Positions 26,815 through 36,341 are shown, counted from the stretch's first letter. The stretch: 64,000 bases of DNA from a virus (IMGVR_UViG_3300017766_003652:25012-89011); one strand, 5' to 3'. Notes: a model not told the origin generated them from the letters alone. A program made the numbers and translations.

Positions 26815-28680
26815 ATGTTCTACCGTTTCGACAAACTAGATCCCAGAACCCGCAACTGGCTCCGTACCCTTTACCGGGGCATGGAGCCTCACCAATTAAC
26901 GGACCTTGTATGCACGGAAGAGGTCACCCGTGTGTTTCAACTCAAGTCCATAGAGACTCGGCGCCAGAACTGGGAGAGGGCCTGGGAACCCAAGCTCGGG
27001 TCCCTCCTCCAGAAAGTCGGGCGGGAAGTGGCTCTGGACTACAGAGGGGCTCAGAGCGCGGAGCATGCCGTTACGGTTATGCGGCGGGAACTGGAAGTCC
27101 CTTTGCACAGATCCCTGGTGGCTCTGTACTCTGATGTCCAGACCGAGTTCATCCGTATAGTCCCGGTAAGCCTGGCCGGCAAGAACTTCCAGCCGGTACA
27201 GTACGTGAAGCAGGATGACCCTTTCGATATCGATCCAGCAAACTGGCAGGAGCAGAACCCCTTGGATCTGCCCAAGATGCAAAAGTATAACCGGCTGACC
27301 ATCGGAGCCCACGTTTCAAAGATCCTGGAGAGCACGACCATCTGGATTAAAGAAATGGTCAGCGATGCCCTGGAGAATGGCTGGAGCGTTGACCGTACCG
27401 CCCAGAAGCTCACAGAGCTCTATGGGTTCTCGTTCAAGCGAGCTCGGCTCATCGCACAGACCGAGGTGGTTGGAGCCAGTAACGCGGCTACCTACTTCTC
27501 CATGGACAAGAACGTCCCGACCGCCACCATGATAAAGGACTGGATCAACGCGGGAGACCATAGGGTTCGCGACTCCCACATAGATGCAGGACTATCCCAG
27601 CGAGGCATCCCCTTCAGCGATCCCTTCGAGGTCGGAGGCAGCCAGCTGATGTTTCCGGGAGACGCCTCCCTTGGGGCCTCAGGCCGGGAAATCATTGGGT
27701 GCCGCTGTACCGCCCTCTACCAGACTCCCGGATCTCGCCGGTCTCGGATCTACCAAGGGCTGCAGGAGAACAATGACCGGGCAAACGTAGGAGGTAAACG
27801 CCCGCAACCGGCACCAAAGCCGGCACCAAAGCCGGCACCTAAACCGAAACCGAGTCCCAAACCGAAACCCAAGCCGGCACCGATGCCCCCGCCCAAGCCA
27901 GCACCTCCACCTCCACCTCCAAAGCCGGCTCCTACTCCTCCACCTCCTCCAGCCCCTAAGCCGCCCCCTCCACCTCCACCTCCTCCTCCTCCACCTACCT
28001 GGCCTAAGCCAGCCCCTAAACCGGCACCAAAGCCGGCTCCTACACCAAAGCCAGCTCCAAAGCCAGCTCCTACACCTCCGCCCCCTCCACCGCAACCCTC
28101 CGCGGCCCCGCCCGCCTCGGCTTTCTCCAGGGATCGCTCCAAGGTATTCCCTACCTTCAATGAGGCAAAAGAGTATTTGACAACGCAGGGGGTTAACTGG
28201 TGGAACAGATTGTACGAGGAAGAGAAGACTGCGACCATGAAGTATACCGGGCACGCCTATAAAAGAATCAATACAGCTCTGCGGGGTGGGAGTGTACTGT
28301 CCCCAGAAGGTAAACGAACCGTGGCTGATATTGATTCCGCTATCCGCAAGGGCGTGCTCCAGGATCAGCTCCTCGTCTACCGCGGTATCGAGAACGGGGC
28401 AAACCTCGCAGAGCTGAAACATCTCCAGGTCGGGGGCTACTATACCCCCTCTGCCTATATCTCTACCTCCATTCGATCAGAGGCTGCCTTTGGCGGGGAC
28501 ACCTTCATGAAGATCCACCTCCCAAAGGGTTCCAGGGTCGGACTGATAGACGGCAACTCCTATAATCCCCAAGAGCTGGAACTCCTCCTCCCTCGCGGGG
28601 CTAGGTTGAAACTGATTAGCACCAACACCGGGCACCGAGGGAGCAAGCCCGTTCGCATCCTGGAGTTTGTGCTTGAATAG
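26815..28680 (+). CDS. Head morphogenesis protein (MuF/SPP1 gp7-like) fused to VIP2-like ADP-ribosyltransferase
   Basis: RARLIAQTEV, KDWINAGDHRVRDSH, GCRC; C-terminal YTGHAYKRIN, VYRG, YISTS, QELELLLPRG. Confidence 0.9.
   Translation: MFYRFDKLDPRTRNWLRTLYRGMEPHQLTDLVCTEEVTRVFQLKSIETRRQNWERAWEPKLGSLLQKVGREVALDYRGAQSAEHAVTVMRRELEVPLHRSLVALYSDVQTEFIRIVPVSLAGKNFQPVQYVKQDDPFDIDPANWQEQNPLDLPKMQKYNRLTIGAHVSKILESTTIWIKEMVSDALENGWSVDRTAQKLTELYGFSFKRARLIAQTEVVGASNAATYFSMDKNVPTATMIKDWINAGDHRVRDSHIDAGLSQRGIPFSDPFEVGGSQLMFPGDASLGASGREIIGCRCTALYQTPGSRRSRIYQGLQENNDRANVGGKRPQPAPKPAPKPAPKPKPSPKPKPKPAPMPPPKPAPPPPPPKPAPTPPPPPAPKPPPPPPPPPPPPTWPKPAPKPAPKPAPTPKPAPKPAPTPPPPPPQPSAAPPASAFSRDRSKVFPTFNEAKEYLTTQGVNWWNRLYEEEKTATMKYTGHAYKRINTALRGGSVLSPEGKRTVADIDSAIRKGVLQDQLLVYRGIENGANLAELKHLQVGGYYTPSAYISTSIRSEAAFGGDTFMKIHLPKGSRVGLIDGNSYNPQELELLLPRGARLKLISTNTGHRGSKPVRILEFVLE
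27802..28116 (+). repeat. Pro/Lys/Ala low-complexity linker (PAPKPAPK and poly-Pro)
   Basis: ccggcaccaaag-type and cctcca-type repeats, about 105 codons. Confidence 0.9.
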
Positions 28681-28710
28681 TGCGGCAAACTTTGATAGAC
28701 TGGATTCGTA

Positions 28711-28893
28711 ATGGCAGACTTCGAAAAGACCGACAAGTGGCTAGCTCCCCTGGGTGGGTACGTTACCCTCCCAGATGGAACCCCCATAGTTCCGACCGAT
28801 GACGATAAGCTGGTACGTCATCGGGTGACGGGGCAACTGGGGCGAATTTTCAATGGAAAGTTCGTCCCGGAAGAAGAAACCCCCAACGTCTGA
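28711..28893 (+). CDS. Small acidic protein, candidate antitoxin/immunity
   Basis: 60-aa ORF right after the toxin gene; TAGACT at 28696. Confidence 0.5.
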   Translation: MADFEKTDKWLAPLGGYVTLPDGTPIVPTDDDKLVRHRVTGQLGRIFNGKFVPEEETPNV

Positions 28894-28937
28894 CTAGGCA
28901 ACCTCCCGATAATTACGGGAGAGGCCCAGATCAGACA

Positions 28938-29738
28938 ATGAAGAAAAAGTACATTCACTGCCAGCTGGCTAAGGTCGAGGTGAAAGCCGATCTGCCGGAG
29001 CAGTACCCGAACGGGTATATTGAAGGCTACGCCTCCGTGTTTGGCAACGTGGATAACGGCAGGGAAGTTGTCGTTAAGGGCGCTTTCGCTAAGACCCTCC
29101 GCGAGCGGCTAAAGCGGGGCATGATTAAGCTCATGGACAACCACCAGTTCCACGTAGGGACAGGTGCGGTGGTTGGCCTCGTCACAGAGGCAAAAGAGGA
29201 TGACTACGGGCTATGGTTCCGAGCCCGGCTCTCGGCCGTACAGAACGCCCAAGACATCCGCACCAAGATTTCGGAGGGCATCCTGAACGCTCTGTCGTTT
29301 GGGTATGATGTCCTTCAATACGAGATGGACGAGGGCAAGAAACTCCGCAAGCTCGTGGAACTTCGGCTCCATGAGGTCAGCGTGGTTATCTGGGGGATGA
29401 ACTCTCAGGCCCTCATCACTGAGGCCAAAGGTACCAACGGGGAAGCCGAGGAAACCGGCTTCGCTCAGGGCTTTGAGCTGGACGAACCCCAGACCAAAGG
29501 AGATCCGGAACCGGAACCCGCTCCGGCGCCGGTTGATCCTCCCGCTCCCGTTGATCCTCCGGTGGACCCGCCCGCCCCGGTTGATCCTCCGGTCGATCCT
29601 CCGGCCCCGGTTGATCCTCCGGAAGGAGAGAAGGGGGTCTCCTCGGAGGAGATCGCCCAGTTCCTCGCCGAGATGGAGGCCACGACCTTCAAGCACTTGG
29701 TTCTCGGAACCGCCCGGCAGTTCAACATCAAAGACTAG
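28938..29738 (+). CDS. Prohead protease (HK97 family) with PVDPP-repeat extension
   Basis: IEGYASVFGNVD, LMDNH, GLWFRARL, LSFGY, LHEVSVV. Confidence 0.93.
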   Translation: MKKKYIHCQLAKVEVKADLPEQYPNGYIEGYASVFGNVDNGREVVVKGAFAKTLRERLKRGMIKLMDNHQFHVGTGAVVGLVTEAKEDDYGLWFRARLSAVQNAQDIRTKISEGILNALSFGYDVLQYEMDEGKKLRKLVELRLHEVSVVIWGMNSQALITEAKGTNGEAEETGFAQGFELDEPQTKGDPEPEPAPAPVDPPAPVDPPVDPPAPVDPPVDPPAPVDPPEGEKGVSSEEIAQFLAEMEATTFKHLVLGTARQFNIKD

Positions 29739-29760
29739 GCGAGATCCTGGCAGTAAGAGG

Positions 29761-29795
29761 ACCCCGGAGTTTCTACAGAGGCTCCGGGGTTTCTT
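29761..29795 (+). terminator. Intrinsic terminator-like hairpin
   Basis: ACCCCGGAG...CTCCGGGGT plus TTCTT. Confidence 0.6.
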
Positions 29796-29813
29796 CTGTC
29801 AACTTTTCTACCT

Positions 29814-29822
29814 GCCGATAAT
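29814..29822 (+). promoter_or_regulatory. Sigma28-like -10 box upstream of capsid gene
   Basis: GCCGATAAT in intergenic DNA; related boxes at 28905, 34570, 45936. Confidence 0.45.
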
Positions 29823-29935
29823 CAAGAGCGACCAGGCACTCTGCCCCGCTCATAACGAGCAGAGCCGCCTCCTACCTGCAGCGAGCCGGACCATCGTGCA
29901 CCACTCGGGCAAACAACACCATTTAGGAGATAAGT

Positions 29936-31204
29936 ATGAATCGCGAAGAACTGGAGCAGATGCAGAAGACCTTTACCGGCTTCAAAACTTTGCTCGATAC
30001 GCAGGCAGCGGAACTCAAGACGACCGGGCAACTTTCCAGCGAGACCAAGGAACGGCTGGACAAGTTCAATGCCAAGTTCGATGAGCTGGAAAAGGGCATC
30101 AACGAACGCATGGATCGCATCGATGCGATCAAGGCCTTCCAGGCGGACGTCGAGAAGCGCATCGGCGAGATTGAGGCCACCTTCTCCCGCAAGGGCAAGT
30201 TCACTCACACCTCCGAGGTGGAGACCGAGGCCAAGCGCCTCCTGAGTCTCAAGTGGGGAGCCCTGGAAAAGGTCCTCCGCAAGGGCATCGCGCCGCAGGG
30301 GCTCAAGGGTACGGATGAGCTGACCCCGGAAGAGCTGAAGGCCTTGACGGTCTCCAGCAACCCGCAGGCCGGCTACCTGGCGCCCAAGGAATACGTCATG
30401 GAGATCCTGACGGATGTTGTCGAGTGGTCCCCGGTTCGGCCCCTGTGCCGCATCCGCACCACCGGCCGCAGCGGCATCGAGATCCCGCGCCGGTTGACCC
30501 CGGCCGCCGCCTCCTGGGTCAGTGAAACGGGGACCCGGTCCGAGACCACGAACCCGACCTTCACGATGGAAACGATTCCGACCCATGAGCTGTACGCCAT
30601 GGTCCAGGTTTCGGCGCAGGAGATGGAAGACTCCCTGTTCGACCTCCAGGCCTTCCTGCGGGAAGAGTTTGGCGAGCAGTTCGGCGTGACCGAAGGTGCG
30701 GCCCTGGTCGATGGCAACGGCGTTGGCCGGCCGGAAGGTTTCATGCAGCACACCGGCATCGGTCATGAGGTTTCGGAGCACGCCTCCGAGATCACCGCCG
30801 ATGGCCTCCTGAATGCGTACCATGCGCTGAAGGAAGCCTACCTGGCGAACGCCACCTGGGTCATGTCCCGCAGCACTCTGCGCGACATCCGGAAGCTCAA
30901 GGATGCCACCGGTAACTACCTGTGGTCGCCCGGCATCAAGATGGAAGCCCGCCCGGCTCAGTTGCTCGACCGCCCGTACGTCACCGCTCCCGACATGCCG
31001 TCGATTGCGGCCAATGCGTACCCCGTCATCGTCGGCGACTTCCGCCGCGGCTACCTCCTGGTGGACCGCATCGAAATGTCCATGATGGTCGACCCCTACA
31101 CCGCCAAGCGAACCGGCATGATCGAGATCAGCGCCCGCAAGCGGGTCGGTGGTCAGGTCGTCATCGCGGATGCGTTCAAGAAGCTCAAGATCGCTGCCGC
31201 CTAA
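29936..31204 (+). CDS. Major capsid protein (HK97 fold)
   Basis: N-terminal coiled delta domain; AGYLAPKE, WVSE, LEE-like FLREEF, DGNGVGRPEG, GDFRRGY, RVGG. Confidence 0.95.
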   Translation: MNREELEQMQKTFTGFKTLLDTQAAELKTTGQLSSETKERLDKFNAKFDELEKGINERMDRIDAIKAFQADVEKRIGEIEATFSRKGKFTHTSEVETEAKRLLSLKWGALEKVLRKGIAPQGLKGTDELTPEELKALTVSSNPQAGYLAPKEYVMEILTDVVEWSPVRPLCRIRTTGRSGIEIPRRLTPAAASWVSETGTRSETTNPTFTMETIPTHELYAMVQVSAQEMEDSLFDLQAFLREEFGEQFGVTEGAALVDGNGVGRPEGFMQHTGIGHEVSEHASEITADGLLNAYHALKEAYLANATWVMSRSTLRDIRKLKDATGNYLWSPGIKMEARPAQLLDRPYVTAPDMPSIAANAYPVIVGDFRRGYLLVDRIEMSMMVDPYTAKRTGMIEISARKRVGGQVVIADAFKKLKIAAA

Positions 31205-31255
31205 ACACGATGGGGAGGGCCACCCCTCCCCTTAACCAAGAAAGGAATCACCACC

Positions 31256-31690
31256 GTGTACAACCAACCGTGTTATTCAAGGCAGCGTGACGGCAACCCC
31301 TCCTTCCAGGGCGGGGGCTCCGTTGTTTACTCTGTCCAGGGCACCGCGACCCTCGCTCAGATCAACGCCGGGCTAACGGTAGTGGCCGGAGTCCCCGGCC
31401 AGCAGATCAAAGTGATTGGTGGCCGGGTCAAGGCCAACGGCGCATTCGAGGCCCTCACCGCGATCGAACTCCAGGAAGAAGACGGCAGCCCCGTTATCGC
31501 CGGCTGGTCTCAGGCAACTCTGACCAACGGAGCGGTGTTCGATCTTCGCAACACCATCTCCGGGCAAACCATCGGTGCCGGCTTCATGGCCGCGCTCACC
31601 GCTGGTAAAGGCCTCCTGCTGACCAAGACCGGCGGCACTGCCACCACCGCAACCTCTCTCGACTACATCATTGACTTCGTCGTGGTCTAG
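31256..31690 (+). CDS. Probable head decoration/structural protein
   Basis: Follows capsid gene; AAAGGA upstream of GTG; beta-rich. Confidence 0.6.
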   Translation: MYNQPCYSRQRDGNPSFQGGGSVVYSVQGTATLAQINAGLTVVAGVPGQQIKVIGGRVKANGAFEALTAIELQEEDGSPVIAGWSQATLTNGAVFDLRNTISGQTIGAGFMAALTAGKGLLLTKTGGTATTATSLDYIIDFVVV

Positions 31691-31723
31691 TCCGCACAAA
31701 CAAGCGAAAGGACATCAACCTCT

Positions 31724-32164
31724 ATGAATCCCGATCTTTTCAACTCTGTTACTCCCACCCTGGAAGAAGCGCGGGCGACCGTGACGGCCTCCGGTGACGA
31801 CATCATCGATACCAAGGGCTTTGCGGACATCCTGTTCCTGGTGGAGATCAGTGCCGTTGCCGCGGGTGACTCCAGCAACTACCTCCAGTTCACCGTCGAG
31901 GAATCCGACGATGACGACTTCAGCGATGGTACGGAAGCCGTGGTTACCGACTCGGCGCGCCTGACCTCGGATGCGGCTTCCAAGGTGATCGCCTCCGGCG
32001 TGGTCCTCAAGATCGCCGATACGGGCCTGGCCAACACCCTGGTCACCTTCGGCTACAAGCCGGGGACCAAGCGTTACGTGCGGGTCAAGTGGACCGAAAC
32101 CGGCACGGCCTCGGCCGTGTTCAGCCTCATCTCCCTCAAGAACGCCGCCCGTCATCTCGACTAG
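31724..32164 (+). CDS. Probable head decoration/structural protein
   Basis: IDTKGF...VEESDD...KRYVRV pattern common after capsid genes. Confidence 0.6.
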   Translation: MNPDLFNSVTPTLEEARATVTASGDDIIDTKGFADILFLVEISAVAAGDSSNYLQFTVEESDDDDFSDGTEAVVTDSARLTSDAASKVIASGVVLKIADTGLANTLVTFGYKPGTKRYVRVKWTETGTASAVFSLISLKNAARHLD

Positions 32165-32194
32165 TCCTTACCGGCTAGTTCATCAATAAACCGG

Positions 32195-32229
32195 CAGGCC
32201 CCGCGCAGAAATGCCGGGGCCTGACTTCT
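32195..32229 (+). terminator. Terminator-like hairpin
   Basis: CAGGCCCCG...CGGGGCCTG. Confidence 0.5.
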
Positions 32230-32244
32230 AGGAGGGTTTCTTTT

Positions 32245-32958
32245 ATGGCATGGATCGACGAGGTACTTGAGAGCGAACTATCCGGGGGCTCCAGGGGTAC
32301 GAACTTTTCCCTGGACCTCAGTGTGGATAGTGCCGTGGAGCCGGTCTCCCTGGCGGAGCTACAGAGCCACCTGTACCTGACCCGGGCCTCCACCTCGCAG
32401 CAGGAGGATCTGGTCCGCTTCGGCAAGGCTGCCCGGCAACATATCGAGAAGCAGATTAACAAAGCTCTGATTCAGCAAACGTGGTTTCAATACTACGATC
32501 GCCCCCACGCGACCCGAGGGCTCCCCCTACACAAAGGCCCTTACCCTACACTGGGAGTCGTCAGTATCGACTACCAAGCGAACTGGGACGTGGATACTTG
32601 GACCAATTGGCCTTCCTCAAACTACGCGGTGGTCAAAGGGCGGGAAGTACAGGCTCGGAGCTCCTGGCCCTCGCACCGCGGCAACGGCTCCCTCCGGGTT
32701 ACCTTTCGCACAGGGTACGCCCTGCTGGATCTTTCCGGGGATGACGATGCGGATGTAATAGCGATTGCCGCTGCTCGGGCGGCCATCCCTGGCGATCTTC
32801 TCAAGAGCGTTAAGGATCTAGCCGGTTTCTACTTTGAGAACCGTGAGGGGCAAGGGGTGGAACCCAAGTACGAGGTCACGGCAAAGAGCAGCACCGCGTT
32901 GCCCTCCTCGGTCGTATCCGTGATTGAGCAGTACCGGGACCGGAGGTTCCTGTCCTAA
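32245..32958 (+). CDS. Head-tail connector (gp6-like adaptor)
   Basis: EPVSLAELQSHL, AARQHIE...ALIQQTW, AGFYFENRE. Confidence 0.9.
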   Translation: MAWIDEVLESELSGGSRGTNFSLDLSVDSAVEPVSLAELQSHLYLTRASTSQQEDLVRFGKAARQHIEKQINKALIQQTWFQYYDRPHATRGLPLHKGPYPTLGVVSIDYQANWDVDTWTNWPSSNYAVVKGREVQARSSWPSHRGNGSLRVTFRTGYALLDLSGDDDADVIAIAAARAAIPGDLLKSVKDLAGFYFENREGQGVEPKYEVTAKSSTALPSSVVSVIEQYRDRRFLS

Positions 32959-33308
32959 TGGCACGTCAAGCTTTCCAGGTAGAGGCTGGAGACCTCCGGG
33001 AGCCCGTATACATTCAGACCCGGGTTGCCGTAGCCGATGACGGGGGTGGGCAGGAAGTCTCTTTTGCGGATGAGTTCGAGACCTACGCCAAGGTGACCCC
33101 GCTCTTCTCGCAGGATCGCTGGCAGGCTCTGGGCATCCAGGAGGCCCTAACCCATGAGGTAGTGGTCCGGTACGACTCGGCAATCACTACCAAGAAACGG
33201 GTCCGGTTCGATGACAGGTTCTTTCTGATTATGGGGATTCTGGACCCCAGCCTCCGGGGGCGCCGCATGATCCTCGGCTGCAAAGAAGTAGTAAACAAGA
33301 AGGGCTAA
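32958..33308 (+). CDS. Head closure / head-tail joining protein
   Basis: AGDLREPVYIQ...DDGGG, THEVVVRY, RVRFDDRFF. Confidence 0.9.
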   Translation: MARQAFQVEAGDLREPVYIQTRVAVADDGGGQEVSFADEFETYAKVTPLFSQDRWQALGIQEALTHEVVVRYDSAITTKKRVRFDDRFFLIMGILDPSLRGRRMILGCKEVVNKKG

Positions 33309-33761
33309 ATGGCAAAGCGAGCTGTGAACATAGGAATGATGGGGCATCGGGAGATCTACCGCAAACTGAAGGATATGCCAGCCTCAGTCAGAAACGAAGT
33401 ATCGAACGTGCTTCTGGATAGCTCCATAGCCATCATGAACGATGCCAGGATTCGGGCCCCGGTCCGAAAACTTGGCAAGGTTATCGGTGGGCGCCTCCGG
33501 GCCTCTATCAATGTGGTCTTCTTTGATAACGGGCTTACGGCTGATGTCGGAACGGATGTGGAGTACGCCCCCTTCGTGGAGTTTGGGACCGGCCGCCGCG
33601 GGGCCGCCTCTGGGCACTACATCCTCCCGGAGGGATACGTCCATGGACCCAAGGCCGGTATGCCCGCACAACCTTTTCTGCGGCCGGCCTACTTGGCCGA
33701 GATCGACCACTTTAAGAAGAAGCTAAAGTCGGCTTTCAAGAAAGGACTGGACGGCAAATGA
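33309..33761 (+). CDS. HK97 gp10-like neck protein
   Basis: GRLRASI, YAPFVEFGT, MPAQPFLRPA. Confidence 0.9.
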   Translation: MAKRAVNIGMMGHREIYRKLKDMPASVRNEVSNVLLDSSIAIMNDARIRAPVRKLGKVIGGRLRASINVVFFDNGLTADVGTDVEYAPFVEFGTGRRGAASGHYILPEGYVHGPKAGMPAQPFLRPAYLAEIDHFKKKLKSAFKKGLDGK

Positions 33762-34219
33762 ATGTACCTACGACCGCAAGCTGGGACGCCCAGCTATTCA
33801 TTGTCGAGACCCTCAAGGGGTTCCCGGATCTGAGCAATATGGTCGGGGGTCGGGTCTATGACGGGAGCGCCCCGCGGGTTTCCGTCCAGGATCATTCCGG
33901 ACCCCTGTTCCCATATATTCTGCTGGACAGTTGGAACATCCTGCCCCGGAATACGATGAACCGGATAGGCAAAGATGTATCCTGCTCTATCCACATCTTC
34001 AGCGACTACAAAGGGACTAAGGAGGTCAACGCCATTGCGGCCCTGATAGAACTCCTCCTCAATCATCCCGCCCCGGCCTTTGTAGAGAACTGGCATATCG
34101 AGTTCTGCCGTATCGAGGGTGGAAACATCCTCATGGAATCAGGCGATGAGGGAGAGGAACCCCTCCGCCACATGATCCTCCGAGCCCGCATGTTCCTCAA
34201 AGCAAAGGAAACCCGATGA
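33758..34219 (+). CDS. Tail terminator (DUF3168-like)
   Basis: VGGRVYD...PYI...IHIFS; position before tail tube gene. Confidence 0.8.
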   Translation: MNVPTTASWDAQLFIVETLKGFPDLSNMVGGRVYDGSAPRVSVQDHSGPLFPYILLDSWNILPRNTMNRIGKDVSCSIHIFSDYKGTKEVNAIAALIELLLNHPAPAFVENWHIEFCRIEGGNILMESGDEGEEPLRHMILRARMFLKAKETR

Positions 34220-34617
34220 GCTTTAAGAAACTACCGACCGAAGAAGAGCTGACCCCGGAGGCTCTCAAGAATGGCTACTACATGAGCACGTGGCGGGATC
34301 TCCCGAACCACCGCTGCATCAAGTGCCCCTTCTCCACCCTGTCCCAAACTGAGGCGGAACTGCACTACTTCTACAAGCACGTAATGAACAACACCGCCCC
34401 CTCGGTTATCCAATCAACTCGCCCGGCTGAGGCCAAGCTGGTCGGACCTAACGGAGCTCCTATCACCGAGATCCCCATTCAGGTGGAGGGGAAATCTATC
34501 CAGCTCCCAGCGGGGTACACCCCACCGGAAACGGTTATCCGCCACCTGGAACAGGCTGCCGAGGGTCCTGCCGATAATCAAACTGACGGCTCTGAGCCGA
34601 GATTCAAAAGGAGATAA
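34216..34617 (+). CDS. Hypothetical protein with C2H2-like motif
   Basis: CIKC...HYFYKH. Confidence 0.6.
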   Translation: MSFKKLPTEEELTPEALKNGYYMSTWRDLPNHRCIKCPFSTLSQTEAELHYFYKHVMNNTAPSVIQSTRPAEAKLVGPNGAPITEIPIQVEGKSIQLPAGYTPPETVIRHLEQAAEGPADNQTDGSEPRFKRR

Positions 34618-34623
34618 CACCAT

Positions 34624-34980
34624 ATGGCACGAACAGCACTCACTGTCACCACGGCTCCGGGCGCCTACCCTACGGCCGGCGTGGCCTTGACCTGGGATTC
34701 AGCGGATGCCTCGAACGGGAATGACTTCGTCTTTACCGGGCGGGAACTGATTCTGGTGCGGAATGCCCATGCGTCCACGGCAAAGACCGTTACGCTTACC
34801 TCTGCCGCTGATCCGCAGGGGCGTAGCGGCGACATCACAGCGGAATCGCTGGCGGCCGGGGTGGTCCGTTGCTTTGGTCCCTTCCGGAACAAGACCGGCT
34901 GGAATCAATCCGGGGGCAAGTTTCACTTGACCGCCGAGGATAACAACATCAAATTCGCCGTGATCCGGCTGCCCAAGTAA
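34624..34980 (+). CDS. Structural protein, paralog A
   Basis: TTAPGAYPTAGV...DITAESLAAG...GPF. Confidence 0.75.
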   Translation: MARTALTVTTAPGAYPTAGVALTWDSADASNGNDFVFTGRELILVRNAHASTAKTVTLTSAADPQGRSGDITAESLAAGVVRCFGPFRNKTGWNQSGGKFHLTAEDNNIKFAVIRLPK

Positions 34981-35003
34981 GGGACGGAAAGGAAACCACC
35001 CAG

Positions 35004-35354
35004 ATGCCTCGTGTACTCATTACCAAGACAACCGCGCCGGGCTCGTACCCCACCGCTGGCGTTACCGTATCGTTCCAGGATGCGGCCCCGGCCAGCGACG
35101 AGCACTTCATCATGGAGGGGAACGACCTCCTGATTGCCCGCAACACCCACGCAACGGACCCGTTCACGGTCACCATCACTTCGCAGCCCAGTTCCCGCAA
35201 CCGCTCCCGCGACATTACCGCGGAATCCTTGGCGGCGGGAGCGTACAAGATCTATGGTCCCTTCACTGACCGGGATGGCTGGTCTGCGGACGGCTACCTC
35301 CAGTGCGAGGCCTCCGATGCCTCCATCGAATTTGCCGTTATCAAAACGGCGTAA
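35004..35354 (+). CDS. Structural protein, paralog B
   Basis: TTAPGSYPTAGV...DITAESLAAG...GPF. Confidence 0.75.
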   Translation: MPRVLITKTTAPGSYPTAGVTVSFQDAAPASDEHFIMEGNDLLIARNTHATDPFTVTITSQPSSRNRSRDITAESLAAGAYKIYGPFTDRDGWSADGYLQCEASDASIEFAVIKTA

Positions 35355-35420
35355 CCTCTCGACCTCAAGTTAGTTGAAACACTTTGGGGCTGGTGCCCCT
35401 CCATCTGAAAGGAATACAGC

Positions 35421-35855
35421 ATGAGCAGCGTAGCAATCAGCGCCTTTGGAACACTCGTTCAGATCGGGGATGGTGGCACGCCCGAAGCGTTTACCACTAT
35501 CGCCGAGTTGCGGACGATCTCCGGCCCCTCTCTGACCGCGGATGTGATCGATGTCACCGTACACAATACGGCGACTCCGTTCCGCCGCTTCATTAGCGGC
35601 TTGATCGATGGCGGCGAGATCCAGATTGACATCAACTTCGTTCCCCAGGAAACGACCCACAGCTACAGCACGGGCCTTCTGGCGGATATGTTGAACCGCA
35701 CCCGCCGCAACTTCGCCCTCGTGTTCCCGGACTCGGGCACGACCACCTGGATTATCCCCGGCATCATCACCAGCTTCGAGTGCTCCTCGGACCCGGCTGA
35801 TGTTTTGATGGCCTCGGTGACGATCAAGGTTTCCGGCCCGCCGACCTTCGAGTAG
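35421..35855 (+). CDS. Major tail tube protein
   Basis: IAELRTISGPSLTADVIDVT, GLIDGGE, ASVTIKVSGPP. Confidence 0.9.
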   Translation: MSSVAISAFGTLVQIGDGGTPEAFTTIAELRTISGPSLTADVIDVTVHNTATPFRRFISGLIDGGEIQIDINFVPQETTHSYSTGLLADMLNRTRRNFALVFPDSGTTTWIIPGIITSFECSSDPADVLMASVTIKVSGPPTFE

Positions 35856-35975
35856 TACGCAGGCGGCTGGCATCGACCCAGACAAGCCGGAGTTCGCGAG
35901 GGTACCTTGGGTACCCTCCCGGCTCCGGTAACTCGTTACAGGACGCCCTGAGCGGAAAATAAGGACAGCGTAATT

Positions 35976-36341
35976 ATGCGACTCGAGAACATTCTTCAAC
36001 AGACTACCCCGGTTCGGCTCGACAAGCCTCGCCGGATGCTCATCACCCTGAACTCCCTGGCTGAGGTGGAAACCACAACCGGGCGTTCGATCCTCATCCC
36101 CGGCGACCTCGGTAAGCCGTCCGCCAAGATCCTGTTCACCATGATTGCCGCGTTCTGTCGGCATGAGGACCCGGAGGTTACGGTCGCTCAGATCGCCCGC
36201 GGGTTCAACATGCAGCGGATGCCGGAGCTCATGAAGGCTATCACCGGGGCCTGGGAAAAGAACGCGGCCGGTACTCCTGCCGCCAAGGCGGACCCCACCG
36301 GAAATTTTCCTCCGGCGGCTCTGGAAGCGGTGTCCGCCTAA
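35976..36341 (+). CDS. Tail assembly chaperone (gpG-like)
   Basis: Between tube and tape measure genes; RHEDPEVTV; slippery site near the end. Confidence 0.85.
   Translation: MRLENILQQTTPVRLDKPRRMLITLNSLAEVETTTGRSILIPGDLGKPSAKILFTMIAAFCRHEDPEVTVAQIARGFNMQRMPELMKAITGAWEKNAAGTPAAKADPTGNFPPAALEAVSA
36302..36308 (+). promoter_or_regulatory. Programmed -1 frameshift heptamer A AAT TTT
   Basis: In phase with chaperone frame (GGA AAT TTT); -1 frame open to 36730. Confidence 0.85.

Noticed and set aside
27750-28238. Gly-rich minus-strand ORF resembling collagen or glycine-rich proteins
   Set aside because: Reverse complement of the Pro-rich MuF linker.
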